Positions 1-13,983 of a stretch of DNA of 64,000 bases are shown here, piece by piece. The stretch is taken from positions 1 through 64,000 of the forward strand of contig JBFLGF010000059.1 in assembly GCA_050230475.1 (NCBI GenBank). Direction: 5' to 3'. Numbering within the stretch: position 1 is the first letter of the stretch; every line of letters begins with the position of its first letter. Origin of the DNA: Ancylonema sp. Lineage: Eukaryota. The notes under the pieces are model-generated. The model was not told the origin of the DNA. It worked only from the letters and a program-made list of their open reading frames with translations, and did not search any database. A program made the translations under genes and the position numbers.

Positions 1-10
1 GGGTCTGCAG

Positions 11-154
11 GAGTTCAACATGGTGATGAGCCGTTTGGAGATGAAGTTTGTTTGTAAGCACGCGGTCGCTTTCCTCAAGCGCCACTGCCTGCAGGCAGCA
101 GGCAGAAGTGAAAAGGGGCTCAATAGGGGCGCCCAAGAGGCAGTGGAGCAGTGA
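11..154 (+). CDS. Probable last coding exon of a gene that starts upstream of the window; product unknown
   Basis: CTGCAG acceptor-like site, then a GC-rich open frame EFNMVMSRLEMKFVCKHAVAFLKRHCLQ...EAVEQ ending in TGA. Confidence 0.35.
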   Translation, partial: EFNMVMSRLEMKFVCKHAVAFLKRHCLQAAGRSEKGLNRGAQEAVEQ

Positions 155-278
155 GTGGTAGGAGGAGGGAAGTATGGCTGTGGAAGGTAAATCGTACATG
201 GTCAGTCTCCAAGGAGAGAAGGGACAACTTTTTGTGCCTCAAAACCGGAGCCGGAGCCTCCTATGGGCGCCTAGAGAT

Positions 279-356
279 GGGTTGACCTTGGGTTGACCCT
301 AGGTTGACCCTAGGTTGACCCTAGGTTGACCTTGGGTTGACCCTGGGTCGACCTTG
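279..356. repeat. 11-bp tandem repeat (GGTTGACCYTR, ~7 copies)
   Basis: gggttgaccttgggttgaccctaggttgaccctaggttgacc... read directly. Confidence 0.85.
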
Positions 357-420
357 AGTCGCAGGCCGATGGAGAGGGACCCTTAGTACAGATGGAAGTG
401 TATGATGGGGCTGCCTTCCG

Positions 421-452
421 CATCCATCATCCATCATCCATCATCCATCATC
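421..452. repeat. (CATCCAT)n short tandem repeat
   Basis: Read directly. Confidence 0.8.
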
Positions 453-1153
453 CCTCATGGTCCTCCAACTTCCCAACTTCGTTTCTTGGGAGGAAACGAG
501 GGGGGAAGTGTGTAATAGTATGACTATGGGTATGGGTATACTTATGGTTCTGGTTATGGTTGTAGACGTTGGATGCTTCAGGGATCTTGGGTCATGCTCA
601 AGATGTAGAAAGAAGCTTATCCTATATTGGTTTTGATACTGAGAACGTAACCGAACAGATTTTGGAGTATTTATACGTGTGTGGCTAACAAGTCACATGC
701 CTAGTAGAGATATCGGGAACTCTGGTCCGAATACGGTTCCTGAAATTCATGGGAATGGAAAAGACTTTTGAGGTTGTAGGGGCTCTCAACGGTTCATTAT
801 ACACCAAGTGTGATGTATGGTGGAAACACGTTCTGGATACACGGATGTTCAGCGTGTCTTGAATCAATTATCGGAGGTGCACACTTTACTTGGGTCCCAA
901 CCTTTGGGGAAACCATTTGGTTGTCTGTCTCATATCAACAACCGTCCCGCGACTCCGGGTTTTCTCCTAGTCTTCTCGTTGAGAAGATTAAGAAAGAGTC
1001 ACAAGCTATGTCATTCTAAACGACGTGTCAAATGATTTCTATCCCGTCGATAAAATTTTAGACACATCCTACTCTGTCCTGTGCGGTGATACCCGTCCAC
1101 ACAATTGCTACACGGCACTTTTTTGGCACTAGGCAAGGGTTCACCCTTGGCAA

Positions 1154-1408
1154 CATAGTTGGCCCCTATCCATCCCGATCCCCGATCGGGATTGGCGCCG
1201 CATCGGACATTTTCAGATTGGATCGGGCCTAACAAGATCACAAATTAAAAACCAAAAAACAAGGATTCTACGCCACAATGGGCATATCAATTTTTCACAT
1301 CGATGGTCACTTGATTATCGGCGCCTCCAATCTGGATCGGCTCCCGAGCGGACCCGATCCGGATCGTTGCGGGATCGAAATTTATCGATCGTATCGGGAC
1401 CAACCACG
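1154..1408. mobile_element. hAT-type MITE (CATAGTTGG-end family), degenerate
   Basis: Ends CATAGTTGGCCC / GGGACCAACCACG; GATCGG/CCGATC subterminal repeats; inverted relative at 3989-4254. Confidence 0.65.
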
Positions 1409-3988
1409 CTCAGCGAGGTCGTGATCAGCCATAGTTGGGTCCCGGATATCCTTTTATTCCGAAGTCATGTTGAGGTCAACGGAGGTTGCCTAATGTGGAA
1501 CTCGCACTAAAGCATGAGTGTCTAATTCAGATTTAGCCCCAGATTTGGATCGTACAACACTCGTACGACCGATGTGTGCCCATTCATGACAAATGCAATG
1601 TTACCTCACGATTTTGAAAGTGCACTGACAGTTTGGATGTTCTATTTTTATCTGCAACCGCCACTCAGTTGATCCAACCGCAGTCCACCCACCCAATTCT
1701 TTCATCATCGGGTTGGGTATTGGTTGGAACGGGTGGACGGTTGGAGATACGGTTGGTCCCCCACTCTACTCTCGAGATTAAATTGAGCGCAAAACGGAAA
1801 GAGCGAGTGCATTGAGCAACGAATGAGCGTAGAACAAGCGTAGAACAAGCGCCAAATGAGCGCAAGAGCACACTTGTGCTTAGTGGTCATCGCTTTTATC
1901 TGATCGTGATCCGCGTGAAATTCCGGTCTTGAACCGGGCTCATTCCGATCATGTTCTTGACTTTGGAATCCTCATGATCATGTATGTGCTCATGGACATC
2001 TCCGCGCACTGGTTCCTACGATCGGGTACCTAGACCCCTCGGCTCACCCTCCGGGCGCAAAACGAACTTAGGCCGGGGTCTTCGCCCTCCTCGGGCTCAA
2101 CGGGCTCCGGACTCATGTCGAGCATATTATTGGCTCAAGCTCATTGGCGATTCATGGGGGGGGGGGGGGGAAGGCTCAAGGTTCGACTCTATTCAATTGG
2201 TTACGGGAAAAAATTATGAGTAAAAAAACTAGTCGGTGTAGATGAATGCGCTTATGCGTTTGGATTGTACGCCTACCTTTAGAACAATCAATAAAAAATG
2301 TATTGTCACAGATCGTATGTCTCAAGTGTGACATGTTTCGTACGGATGCGTGTTTGTATTCAAACTAACACATGCATGTCCGCACACACACACGCATACC
2401 CCGATACACAAACCGACACCTCTAGGTGATGTGGGGCGATGGGCTGTGCATACCTCACTCACCGATATCTTGAGAGAGTCGGTGTTCTAACTCTTGGCAC
2501 AACTTTGGAAATTGGGAAAATTGCTACCTCGTTTAGAATCAAAACGGTGTTTTTCCAAGCCGGGATCGCGGGACCTTACCGCCGTCTTGGGGGGAGGAGT
2601 TAGCATGATTTATAAGCAATCTTCGGTGGAGTAATATATATAGTAACCGTGTGCCGTGTAGGCGCGGTTTCGGGGGGGTGCATGCAATCTAGGCGCAACT
2701 ATGTGGGTACAAGTGTGTCTCGGGAGAGGCACGGTCACCTTAAAGGTAGTAGTGCCCTCCTTATAGGGGCGGCCGTTCAATGTGCTTATATGGTGGAAAG
2801 TTTGACACGTGCGGGTGGCCGTACACGATATTTCAACGCCCGACAGTTATTGTGCATCATCTCACTACGAGATGATGAATAGTGTGGTGTGGTGTATAAT
2901 TAAAACGTGCCTGAATTGGGTGATTGGAATGAAGTGCTCTTATACTGAGTCATGTTGGCCAGCATGAAGTTGATGTTTAGCATTTACTTGAATATTTTCG
3001 GGAGGATCTGAAAATGATGTAAGCCAACTAATATCATCGATCGTGTTGATGACAAGTTGACATTATATCGATGTCCGGATTTGGATGTGAAGCATTCCAA
3101 TTAGTCGCTCAAAGATGAAACATGGAAAAATAACTTTTAGAGGATGGTATGTTATTTAATCCCATCCAATTGGGAAAGGAAAAGTATCTCAGTGTATTTT
3201 TCCGGCAATTGGTGAGAAATGCTTTATACTCCTTAACACTGAAGGTTTTTCTAACCTACCCGTCATGACAAAAAATACTCTTGACATATCAATAAAATAT
3301 CCAAGACAACACTGTCCACGAAATACTTCTTTGCGGAGTACGTTTCCCACCAAACCCCTTCAAAACTCCGAAAATCCTCCGGAGGCACCCTAATATGCAA
3401 GCCCGGAATTTTGGCTTAGAACGACGGACCCTGTTCTGGCATTTGCCCCGGTCTGCCAGTCCGTATGACCATGGATAATTGCCAAAACGCGAAATCACGG
3501 AATGGCCAAGTCGCGGAAACTCCGATTGCCGAACCGAAGTTCATTCGAGAATTTGGATGGCATGATGACGAGCAAATGCAATAGTGACGAAATATTTCGA
3601 TTTGAAACGCCGGGAATCTTGATTTCTTATGCACACGCAACGCAATACTATTTGTACCTACAATGACAAACCAAAAAATGGTACATTGTCAAGTTTTATC
3701 GTATTTTTTTTAGCTACTTTAGCGTATCAACCATTGTGCCGGGACTCAAATCATTTCATTTCATTTCACATCTACCGGAAATTGTTCAATCATCTTCTGA
3801 ACAATGAACGAATTTATGCACCAACAAGTCGAACTTGTGCATTCAAATCACCATAATGCGAAGTTCGCATTGCGAATTTCCATAGTGAGACCATTTGTTG
3901 ATTCCAAGATTTTGAATACAAATTATTATACTCAAATACAAACTCCTCAATGGCAAGTAAATCATATATCTTTTGAGTTTCTTGACAC

Positions 3989-4254
3989 CGTAGTTGAGCC
4001 CGATCCAATTGGAAAAATTCCACCCAACGCCCATGCGGATCGGAACCGATCCGGCTCCAATCCGGTTCGGATGCGCCGAACACGAGGTGAAAATCGATAG
4101 GGGGAAAAAATACCTTATATGCACCCATTGTGTCATAAAACCCCAAAATCGTGTTTTTTTATTTTGATTTATTTGTTGGCCTCGATCCGATCGGAACATT
4201 TTCGATACGAAGACGATCCAGATTGGGGATGGGGATGGATCGGGCCCAACTATA
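3989..4254. mobile_element. hAT-type MITE, inverted relative of 1154-1408
   Basis: TIR CGTAGTTGAGCCCGATCCA / TGGATCGGGCCCAACTATA; near-perfect 8-bp TSD CTTGACAC / CTAGACAC. Confidence 0.8.
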
Positions 4255-5018
4255 CTAGACACCCTCCATAGGAACAAAAGGTTCCTCGTCGTTCCAAAAG
4301 TGTTTCCAGAAGGATGAAGTGATTTGGCTGAAAACGTGGAACTTACTTATTCATCGGTTCAAGCTAGTATGTATGAACCGTACCAGCCTTAAGTTTTTTT
4401 GTGAACCTTAGTGGCCCCGAGCCGCTAAGCAATGTAAGAGACTAGATTTGCACCGGTGTTGATCCGGACCTGTGCAGAACCAAGTGATCGATCCTCGAAC
4501 CACCGTAAGTTGTAGGCCCCTATGCCGTAATTACGGGAACCCGCTCTGGAATTGATTGGACCAAAAATAATCACAACTCAAATACGTTCAGTCCTCTTAG
4601 ATTTTGGGCGAGGACTTGCATGGAGCCGTCGTTGACCATCAACTGGTCAACGTTCGCCACAAATTATAGATGGCCTCGGGCAATGATGGGGGTGGATAGC
4701 ATTGTAGTCCGGGAAAAATGTATAAAAACGAATAAGAACCCCGGGAAAAAAAAAAAAAAAAAAAACGAACATTTACACAAATGAAGAGATTAGGACGTTC
4801 GTCGCCCATTTCTGATTGGAAAGTCACCTGTTTGAGTTCACCACAGTCGGCATATATACATTGGCGAAATGCTCACCACATAAACTCAACCTGAGCACGA
4901 GTTTCCATGCCTCTCCTCCATCCTACATGAAGCATGACCGGTAGGCGTGAATAAAAGAAGAACAAACTTGACGGATTTCAGCAACAAGATTCAATTAACA
5001 TACAAAGGAGCGACCTTG

Positions 5019-7760
5019 TCACACATATCTCGAGTCTCGGCAGTTCAAGCTCCCACACAGGCATCGGAAAGTTGGCTCCGCTGGGTCGGGGTCGGTGAAG
5101 TCGATCTTGTAGTCCTGCACGCCAGGAATGGAAGAGGGCAAACGCGAATAATAAGTCAAACAGGTTACAGGACATGAACTCATCACATTGTAAAAAAACC
5201 TGTGGCTTGCTCAAATGATATCACAAATTATTACACTCGTACACAAAAAAATGTCTTTGTGTGTGAGAACCCCTTCCTCCTTCACATTATCCCTTTCCCG
5301 TTCACCAATTCAATCAAGTGTAAACTCAGCCCCACAACAATAACGTGCCATACGTGTTCTAGATCAGAAACACGTTAGGAAGTATGTGCACTAGACTCAC
5401 AAAAAAAAACATCAACAAATGATATCATAACAAAGATCACACTCATTACTCGCAGCCTTCGCCTTCACGAACGCTGACATCATAAGTGGTCAAATAGAAA
5501 GCAGATGACGTACGACAAAGTCGCCAGCGTTTCCATTGCAACTCGGAATAGTGTTGGAAAGTGAATCAAGGCGACTTACCCACGTCAACTCAGTTCGCGC
5601 CTTAACTTCATCTGCTGTGAAGAAAGCAACCTGCAAAGATTCACACTCTCGAGTCTCTCAACTGAATGATACAAAAACGATACGATGTGGAAGATAATCA
5701 TTGTTCGTAGAACAAAAAAATATCTTACAAGGCAGAGCTGCAAAATAAAAAAGCGAGCCGATACTTGCAGCTATTTTTAGCTTCATAGAAAACAGACGTT
5801 TTTAAAAAACAATACACTGGCCCTGACAAAACATGCAATTCACGGCTTGGCATAGAGCCTTGTTGCTTACATGATAGTACCGTTTTCCGTTACAATCAAT
5901 CTTCACCGGCACGTCAATCAGATTCGCATCAAAGCACCTACAGGAGGGGGACGCAACACTGGGTTGAAACCAAAGACGGGCGAAAATTGGAAACAAGACC
6001 TTGTTCCCTGGGCCCTCAATCCTAAATATTATCTCCCTACAAACATGACATTTCGTGGACGTTGTTAAACACCACTACCCAAATCCAGAAGATTGGTGGG
6101 GCATCATCTGCACCTATGATTGACGAACCTCCCCACGTTTCCTCGGAAGGTCGCATCCAGATTCAGTCCCGTCTCGTTTTCCACGTGCCCCTCGGTGACG
6201 TGGCACGCATTCAAGCTCATGGGGTAGGTGTGGCGCTCATGGTCCCCTTCGAGCACCTTCAACTGGGAGCTCCTGTCCACCAACTCGTTTTCCGTCAGCA
6301 CCTCTCCCGCGTACTCACACACAAACGCCCCTTTGGGGAGGTCTTCCAATGTCCGTACGCCCCACCCCTTCTTCTCGTAGTACCACACTTGAAGCCTTCT
6401 CACGATGCCCCGCTGCACCACACGGTTCCCGCATGCCATGGAGCACACGCACTTCTTGTAACACTCCTGGATGAATGGGGGTTCCGTTTTCCCTGGGCAT
6501 ACTTTCCCCTCCCCTTTCCCTGGAATACATTTCCCATCGCAGAACTTGAAGTTATATTGGCTGGCTGCCCTCCTCTCAAAGAACTGGTCTGTCAGACACC
6601 CGTCTGCGGTATACGCGTGGCTCCCCTTTGTTTCCTCGGTGCAATCACAAAGGTGAGGTGTGTTCATGCAGTCGCCGAAACATTCTTGACAGCGGTCAGG
6701 GAAGGAGGACAGCGTTTTGTCCAGTTCTGCATCCCCGTAGACTTCGTTGGTGCTCATGTACGTGAAGCCGGTGGGAGGACGCTCATCATTCTGCTTGTTC
6801 ACCCATGCTATTCTCAGCTTCTCTTGACCATTGGTGATATCCCGACGATTGTGTTTCTCTGCAGGAGCCTCAGGATCTGGAGAGCGGGAGCCCAATCTCA
6901 ACCCCAACCCCCTCACTGCTCCTAACTGTTCCTGCACGACCACTGCCCCTGCCCCAGCCCTAGCAGCATCTTGAGAGGAGGCTTCGGAGGGTGCTGATCC
7001 CCTTCCACCTTCAAGCCTTCTCCGACCGTTTCCTTCTGATACATATCGCTGCCCTCCGTTCTGCCACAACACGGAGGCATAGATACAACCAAACTGACAC
7101 TGTCAGCAGCTCAACCCTCTTTGACCTCTTGTAAACTGTTTCGAAGAAATGTTAGACAAAAATAAAAGTATCTTGGTCTTTACTACAGCTCGGTCCTACT
7201 GCACGACCTGGGAGTTAGCTGGTCTGGAAAAAAAGTCCCGAACAACCGAAGTGTCTTAACCAGACGAAAACAAAAGCCGCCCGCAAACCTCATATTGTCT
7301 CCCTTGGCCGGACTCCTCTCTGATTCGGCGATTCTCCTCTTTGAAACTGGCTATCAGGGATTTGAAGCCACCATTCATGTCATCCAGGAATGCGTCCCGA
7401 TCCTTCAAGCATAAAAACAGCAAGATGCAACATAAAATGAGGAAATTGGTTTTTGAGTTTCTTATCATACAGTGACTGCATGCAACATGTTCATCGATGG
7501 TGTGTGTATCGTGTATCATGCCTTCTAATACAATGGAACTGCCCGACATGTGAGGTGCATAAAGGTCTTCCATTCCTTCCATTTACATTTCGCCCTGAAC
7601 CTCTTTCTGTGTGTACAGAAAGAGGACGGCGTTCTTCGTCGTGCCACAAAATTACCTTGTAGGCATTCACCATACATAGCAGAAATACTGTAGCAGTTCC
7701 AACGCCAATACATTCCTCAAGTCTGCGGGTACTGGAGATTTGCGGGTTCCCCCTGTCCAT
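5019..7760 (-). CDS. SUVR4-like histone-lysine N-methyltransferase (pre-SET/SET/post-SET), copy 1, multi-exon; 5' end uncertain
   Basis: Main exon has FIQECYKKCVCSMACGNRVVQRG, KGWGVRTLEDLPKGAFVCEYAGEVLT and GNVGRFVNHRC. Downstream exons: CFDANLIDVPV..YYH (~5870-5937), VAFFTADEVKARTELTW (~5580-5630), DYKIDF...FRCLCGSLNCRD (5019-5113). Upstream exons at ~7289-7402 and ~7656-7760. Confidence 0.85.
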
Positions 7761-8128
7761 CGCATTTGGACACAGGCGCTGCGCTATTTTGTTTCAAACA
7801 ACCTGTGTAGCTGAATCCGGCTTCAGAGAACAAGACGGTGGAACAATGGTGCCATTCAAAATGTCCGAAATAGTTTCTGGGAAGTCCATGTACTGTTCAG
7901 ACTTGGCCTATATCGCACCACCTGCAACCTTCGTATGCAGATTCATGCCCCTGGCCCTGGCCCCTGTTGGGTAACTTTTTGCGGTCAAAGTCATAGTTGG
8001 TCTCGCCCCGGGCGGGAAATTTCTTCGCGCGGCGCGCCGCTCGGGGCGAAAAAATCAGGGCGAAATTTGCGGGGCGATGCCATAGGCCATATTTTGGCCG
8101 ACAAAATACCCCCCCAAAAAAAAAAAAA

Positions 8129-8370
8129 GGGAGAGACTGCGGGCACCCCCCAAAGCGACTGCGGGCACCCCCCCTCCGACTCCACATTTATCGAAAAAAA
8201 AAAAAAAAAAAATCGTAGTTCCGTCTACATTACACAGGAAAATATTATAAACATCACAAATCGTTTGAAAGATATGATTTTTTGAACTTACATTATTTCG
8301 AGGGAAAGACTGCGGACGAGTCAGAGGGGGGTGCCCCCAGTCGCTTTGAGGGGTGCCCGCAGTCTCTCCC
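8129..8370. mobile_element. Mutator-like MITE inserted in a poly-A run
   Basis: TIRs GGGAGAGACTGCGGGCACCCC / GGGGTGCCCGCAGTCTCTCCC extending imperfectly to ~50 bp; flanked by A-runs compatible with a 9-bp TSD. Confidence 0.75.
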
Positions 8371-9486
8371 AAAAAAAAATGCCGCAATGCGGAGATATAG
8401 TTGGTTTTGTCAAAAACCGACTTCTTGCACAATGTGCACCCTACATCACAACTCCAACATCATCTAATGTCACCCATGAGTCCGACACCGTGGCGTGGTG
8501 TGGTATAATGCGATAAAATAAAATTAAAAAAAAACTTGAGATATACAAACGAATATTACACAGGTAAAGATGGTAGGCGTACTTAGTGTTATAAAATCGT
8601 GAATACTTGTCGGATTTGACTTTTAAAAAAATGTTTATGATCTACGTGATCTTGGGGTCCTTTTACGAAAAAACTAAAAAACCTCTATGACCTCGCCCTA
8701 GGCGGGACATTTTCCGCCCGGGGCGCTGCCCGGGGCGGAGAGCGGGGTTGAAGTTTTAGGCCCTACAAATTCCGCCGGTTTTCAATAAGGTTAAAAATAT
8801 GATTGGGGGTAAAACTTACAAATGTTGACAATTCATACCATACATATTCTTGGGTCATTATTCAACGCTGATCACAATGGTCGAGTTAAAAATTGAAAGT
8901 GATGAAGATTTACCATACTTTTCGCTCATGACAATGATCGTGATGTTAGTAAACGAATTGTTTACACGAAACATTCGGAAAATGCATGTTGTTATTTTTT
9001 TGGCATGGGTGCAGGACACCAATGAAGGTAGCTCACATTTACATTGAATAAGTGTCAAAATATTAATGAGTAGCCATAGCGTATTACAAAATAAAATTCA
9101 TCAATTATCATTTTTGTTGCAAAAACGACAAATGTGGAGAAGTAATACGTATGACATGGTTTGTTTTGCATCAAACCACTCGAAGGAAATATCTACCTCA
9201 ATGGAACCCCAACAACGTAGTCACCAACGGCGTCACAACACCATTTTATAAAGGGTAAATTCCATGGAAAAGACAACCACAAAGTATGACCACAAACTTT
9301 ATATCCCAATTATGACTTGTTTGTGTAATGTTGTTGCATATGAGATTCAAATGTAACCATACATACTTCAATTTATGTAGAAGGCGAGACACCTCTAAAA
9401 CCAAGGCTCAAGTACATATTGTATTACATTACAATAAGCAGAGAAAGGAATAACGATACAACCCTAAGAACAATGAGAACAATGTT

Positions 9487-11521
9487 TTACAATTGACTTC
9501 TATACGTAAGTTCCCACTTTAAGTTATAAAATAAAACGGCATCAACCTTTTCGTGACCACAAACGGTCCTCCCTATCATACATCCTACGGCGGATTCGCG
9601 TGTCCATAAATACTCTCTATGCGAAAATCCTATGTAACAAGGGTAGACTAATTTATCATTAGATTGCCAAAATTCATCATAAATTGGGAGGACCACAATG
9701 TCTTATCCACATTTCTAAAGTACTTACTTCATGGGTCTACACACTATTGATATTGGCCTTGTTAACAATCGGGAGATCGGAACTAGCCCTCGTGGTCCTT
9801 CGTTCTCGCTACGCACATCTTTTTCTAAAGCAAGCTCACCGAACCATCTCTCCAGTACTACATTAAACTCGGCTTGATCCGTAACCAACTCAGGTTCTGT
9901 CACATTGTTCTCCACGGCTCCTTCGCGGTTGATGGGGGGAACAGCAAGGGGGTCGATGGAGGAATCTAACAAAGGTCTCAAACCCTTTTTCTCCTTGAAT
10001 GGAGCGGGTGGAGGAAATAGACCAGGTAGGCCCGATTTCACTTGAACCATCTTCACAACCTTGTCGTGTTGTAGGCGGTCTTGCAACTTGGAATGCGTGA
10101 TTCCGGATTGGGAAATGTAGCGCTCGTCGCACACGGCATTCACCCCAAATTAAAACGGCCGTATCGCAAGTTTGTAACTTACTATTTTTTGCGCAAGCTT
10201 TGCAGATTGCGTAGTAGTGAGTGTTGTTCTTCTGATCCCCCCTATCGAAATAGGCCCACACTAGGCCCAATTTTCTACCTGGAGGAGGAGGAGGAAGCAT
10301 GAATATGTCCTCAAAACAATCCTCTTTCGTGCACCTGTCCGCTTCGGTGCGCCCAGAAGTGGACCATAGTTGCACGGACCGGCAACATTGGATTTTCGGA
10401 CAGCGGTCGGACCGGGTCCCGAGTTGGGACCCGGTCGGACCGGGGAAATTTTATGGTTTTTTTGCCACGCATTTTTCCCGCGGGGAAAAAGGACGTGCGG
10501 CTTCGTTTTTTTTTGTGTACCTCACACGTGTCATATACATGTGTCATTTGTGACTTGCGAAGTTGTTGCGAAATTTAACAAATAAACAATAATCTATAGT
10601 ATCGTTCGTATCCAACCGTCCGTTGATTGAGATGGTGAAATTCAAAATCGACAAAATGGCTGAGATTTTGGTGTAAGTAGGTACTTGGAAATGTGTTATT
10701 CGGAGTCAGGAAATATTTTTGGGGAGTGACAAGTGAGGAGCGGGAAGTGGGGAGGGGGGGTTATTAAAGGTGATGTAGATTAGTGAAGAATGATATGGGT
10801 GTAAAAATATAACAAAAATTGTGGGTGTAGAAGTCGTAACATTTTTCTTTCCGTTTTATATAAGTATAAAGTTGTAAGCGAGGATAGATTTTTTGATGCG
10901 GTAAGTAAAGTTTAGATAGGGAAAGTTACCCATTTATTTATGTAGAATAGGAGAGTGAGAAGTGAGGAATGTATTTGAAAGGTGGAAAGAAGGTTGAATA
11001 CAAGGTTGTGAGCGTGGAAAAAAAATCCTGATGTTTGATATATGTGTTTCTAATTTTATTTAATTCCATGATACGGTAACCTCACATTTTCTTGAGCCTC
11101 ACATGAGCATCATTTCATAATTACATTGTAACCTATGGAACATGAAAAAAAATATGGAGTACTTGTAACCATTCCAAATGTTCTATAGCATTTTCCGAAG
11201 TGATATCTCTCGAAAGTGGTGAAAAACGCTATCTACAAAGATATATTGCAGGTTTTGATTACTCATTTGATAGGTCTAATATTCTTTTGACATTTGTATA
11301 AGATGTGAAATATCATTTCACTAGCGAAAAAAAATACTTCCGGAGTTTTTTGTCCACGGAAAACACCTTAAAACCCCCAAAAATCGATATTACCCTAAAC
11401 AGCCGGTCCGGATTTTTGACCCAAAGGACGGACCTCGGTCCGGAGTCGGGACCTCGGGACCCCGGTCCGCCGGTCCGTGCAACTATGAAGTGGACGCATC
11501 TAGGTCACCTGGGATGTCCAT
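9487..11521 (-). pseudogene. Degenerate BED-zinc-finger transposase remnant (hAT-like), interrupted by a hAT-type insertion
   Basis: BED-like motif VWAYFDRG...HYYAICKAC. Removing 10365-11487 plus one TSD restores the frame from ATG 11521 (MDIPGDLDASTSGRTEADRC). Distal fragment EKVDAVLFYNLKW resembles a hAT C-terminus. Confidence 0.55.
10365..11487. mobile_element. Non-autonomous hAT element
   Basis: Perfect 19-bp TIR CATAGTTGCACGGACCGGC / GCCGGTCCGTGCAACTATG; perfect 8-bp TSD AAGTGGAC; GGACC/GGTCC subterminal repeats. Confidence 0.93.
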
Positions 11522-11712
11522 GGCTACTTCACACTCTACAAATTTCTTCCTGAGTACAAAGTTCCAGTAGTCTTTACTAAAGGCTCTCTTACACACACTC
11601 CCGTCAGACAACTAATGAGACGTTCATCATTTTGACTCTTGACTCAAGACGTCTCCACGCCAGACGTCTTGCATTTTGTCCCTCATATGCCCATATAGTT
11701 TTGGTCCTTCTA

Positions 11713-13983
11713 CAGTGCTCACTCGATATAACGACAAAATATATACCCAATAAAGTGTCGTTACATCGAGGGGTCGTTATACACTGTATAACGACATTTA
11801 CTACTAGAATCTGAAATCTCTGCCCTTGTATCGAGGGACTTTGCGAATGAAGCGAAGTGAATAAGCAAATGTGTTTAGTGTGTGTTTCCTAGAGTAAGTT
11901 GCCTTGGCATGATTATCAAGTTCAGCGTGTGTGTTGATACGAATACAAGTGCGTCATGATACGAATACATGCGGATGGACGAAATATACGACAAAATCTT
12001 ACGAGGATAGTTGGGGAGGTATTATGCGTGTTACAAAGAAACACTGGACACACACATTCTTTTGGACTTGGAGTAAAAGCGGCGGACGGTTGGAACAATG
12101 AAGAACATGGACATTTTTTAACAACAGGTAACGTTAACAATGAATGAGTGTGACTTGTGAGCGCTTCGCTGTCATGCCTCTAGAGATCGTTAGGAAGTAA
12201 AGTCTTTTTAATTGTCGATCCGCTTGGAAAATAGCAAGTTTGGTAATCGTCGATTTTTAGTCGTTATATCGAACTCTGTCGTTGTATGGGTTTCGATCAG
12301 TCAGGGAGACGCTTGATTTGATAATTTTTTTATACTCAGAGAATCTAGAAAAGCCGGTGTACCACTTTTTAGATTTTAATTCGAAGTATTTTGTCGTATC
12401 GACGAGTTAGTAGATTCTCAGTGCGCGCCGAGCTTTATTTCAGACAGCAAGCCTAACTAGTGAACTGCCGCACGTGTAAAATCTAGAACTCTAAAATAGA
12501 CAGTCACGATTAGCTGTCTAGTCGATATTTGTTTTCATCCATAGGTCGAGATAAGATCTAGATTACCGCGCGTGTGAAACGGCGCGTCGATTGTACTAAA
12601 GCCTAAGTCACTTTCTGATCTGCCAGCTGCCGTTGTTGTTTACGCTGTCTGAATTTCAAAAACTCTTTCCAATCGTCATCCTGTTGCAATCTCTGTGAAG
12701 TCGTGTATTCTGCAATAGTCAACAATCGTCATCAAGTGTGCCGTTTCGCCTTTGATTCTCTCAATTTCTCAATTCCTGCAAACTTCGCGTCGCTCCATCC
12801 AGCCGTAAGTTCTGCGAAATTACTTGTTTGCTTGTGCGTGCTGTCGCATCTCAAGTAGTACAAAAGTTGTGTGCCGTTTTGCATACGCATCGTGTGAGAT
12901 TCTGCCGCAGTCAGAATTATCGTTACCCTTGCAAAATCGTGACCCTTGCAAGTCTTTGATTGCCAGCCGTGTTCCTGACGTCAGAAATCGTTACAATTCG
13001 CTGCACCGTTTCGTGCGAGCTCAGCCAGACAATTCAACCTTTGAATAGCCTGCACCCGTTCCAGATCTAGTGAATCGTTTTATTCACGACAACGTTTGAT
13101 TCTCGAAACCAATAGTGAGTGCGCACCCCGTCGCAACCAACTATCCCTCATTATGCACCCTTGTAGAAATTCTATAGCTATTTGCCTTGCGTTCTTTTTA
13201 TCAATAGATGTCACCTGTTGTGAAGTGTTGTAATCTGTAACACCTAATTAACCTTAGTGTTGTTTCTAGACCTCCCACCACTAAGCGTTGAGTGTATCTC
13301 AGCTTTCGGCGAGTAGTAACTACGGCAAACTTCGTTGAAAAGTCACATACCGTGCTTGAATTACATTATTGTGTGGTCAGTAGGGATTCAACCTACACTA
13401 AACTACTCTAGCGAGATCCAGATGATGACTCAAGGCCCAATCCTGATGCGGCTCATCCAGACAAGCAGCCAAGTCCTCAGCCGTCATCCGACATTTTCAT
13501 CGACGCAGAAAAATATAAAAAATCAAGTTTTGCAGATTTTTCCAAAATCTGTCGATTTCTTTGTTTTTTAGAGATTTCGTCGACAGGCTGTCTGCAGACT
13601 CCATCTGGCACGTCATCGCAACCCAGAAGGAACTACTGCTACATATACAGGAGCTTAGTTCTGGGCCATCCGGAGGAAAGAGGCGATATGACATATGGAA
13701 CAACTCGAAAACGTTGTAGAGACTTTGAGGCGTCGTTCATGAGGTTTCTAGCTTTTTCTCGATTTCCATACATCGTTATATACGAGCAATAGCGTCATTT
13801 AAAGTGTACACTCAGTAATTCAGGACATTCAGTAACACATTTTTGAAATAATTTGTCATTTTATAGAGTGTCGTTATGCTTATATCGACGGCGATTTCTT
13901 GTTGATTTTGAAAAAGTTCCCAAAAATTGACGTCAAATCGAGGTTGTCGTTATAAAGAGGGTCACTATATCGAGGGAGCACTG
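11713..13983. mobile_element. Tc1/mariner (pogo-like) non-autonomous element carrying internal insertions
   Basis: TIR CAGTGCTCACTCGATATA / TATATCGAGGGAGCACTG with TA on both sides; GTCGTTATA subterminal repeats. Confidence 0.8.
12170..13350 (+). mobile_element. Probable diverged solo LTR related to the LTR at 21193-22207
   Basis: 5' end TGTCATGCCTCTAGAGATCGT vs TGTTATGCCTGTATAAATCGT; shared blocks GTGCGCGCCGAG and GTCAGAAATC; 3' end GAAAAGTCACATAC vs GAAAAGTGCATAAC; no clear TSD. Confidence 0.5.

Noticed and set aside
11950..13760. Possible piggyBac-like transposase fragments (TKKHWTHTFFW; RRNYCYIY...RKRCRD)
   Set aside because: Too short and degenerate, and inconsistent with the TA-flanked ends; cannot support without a search
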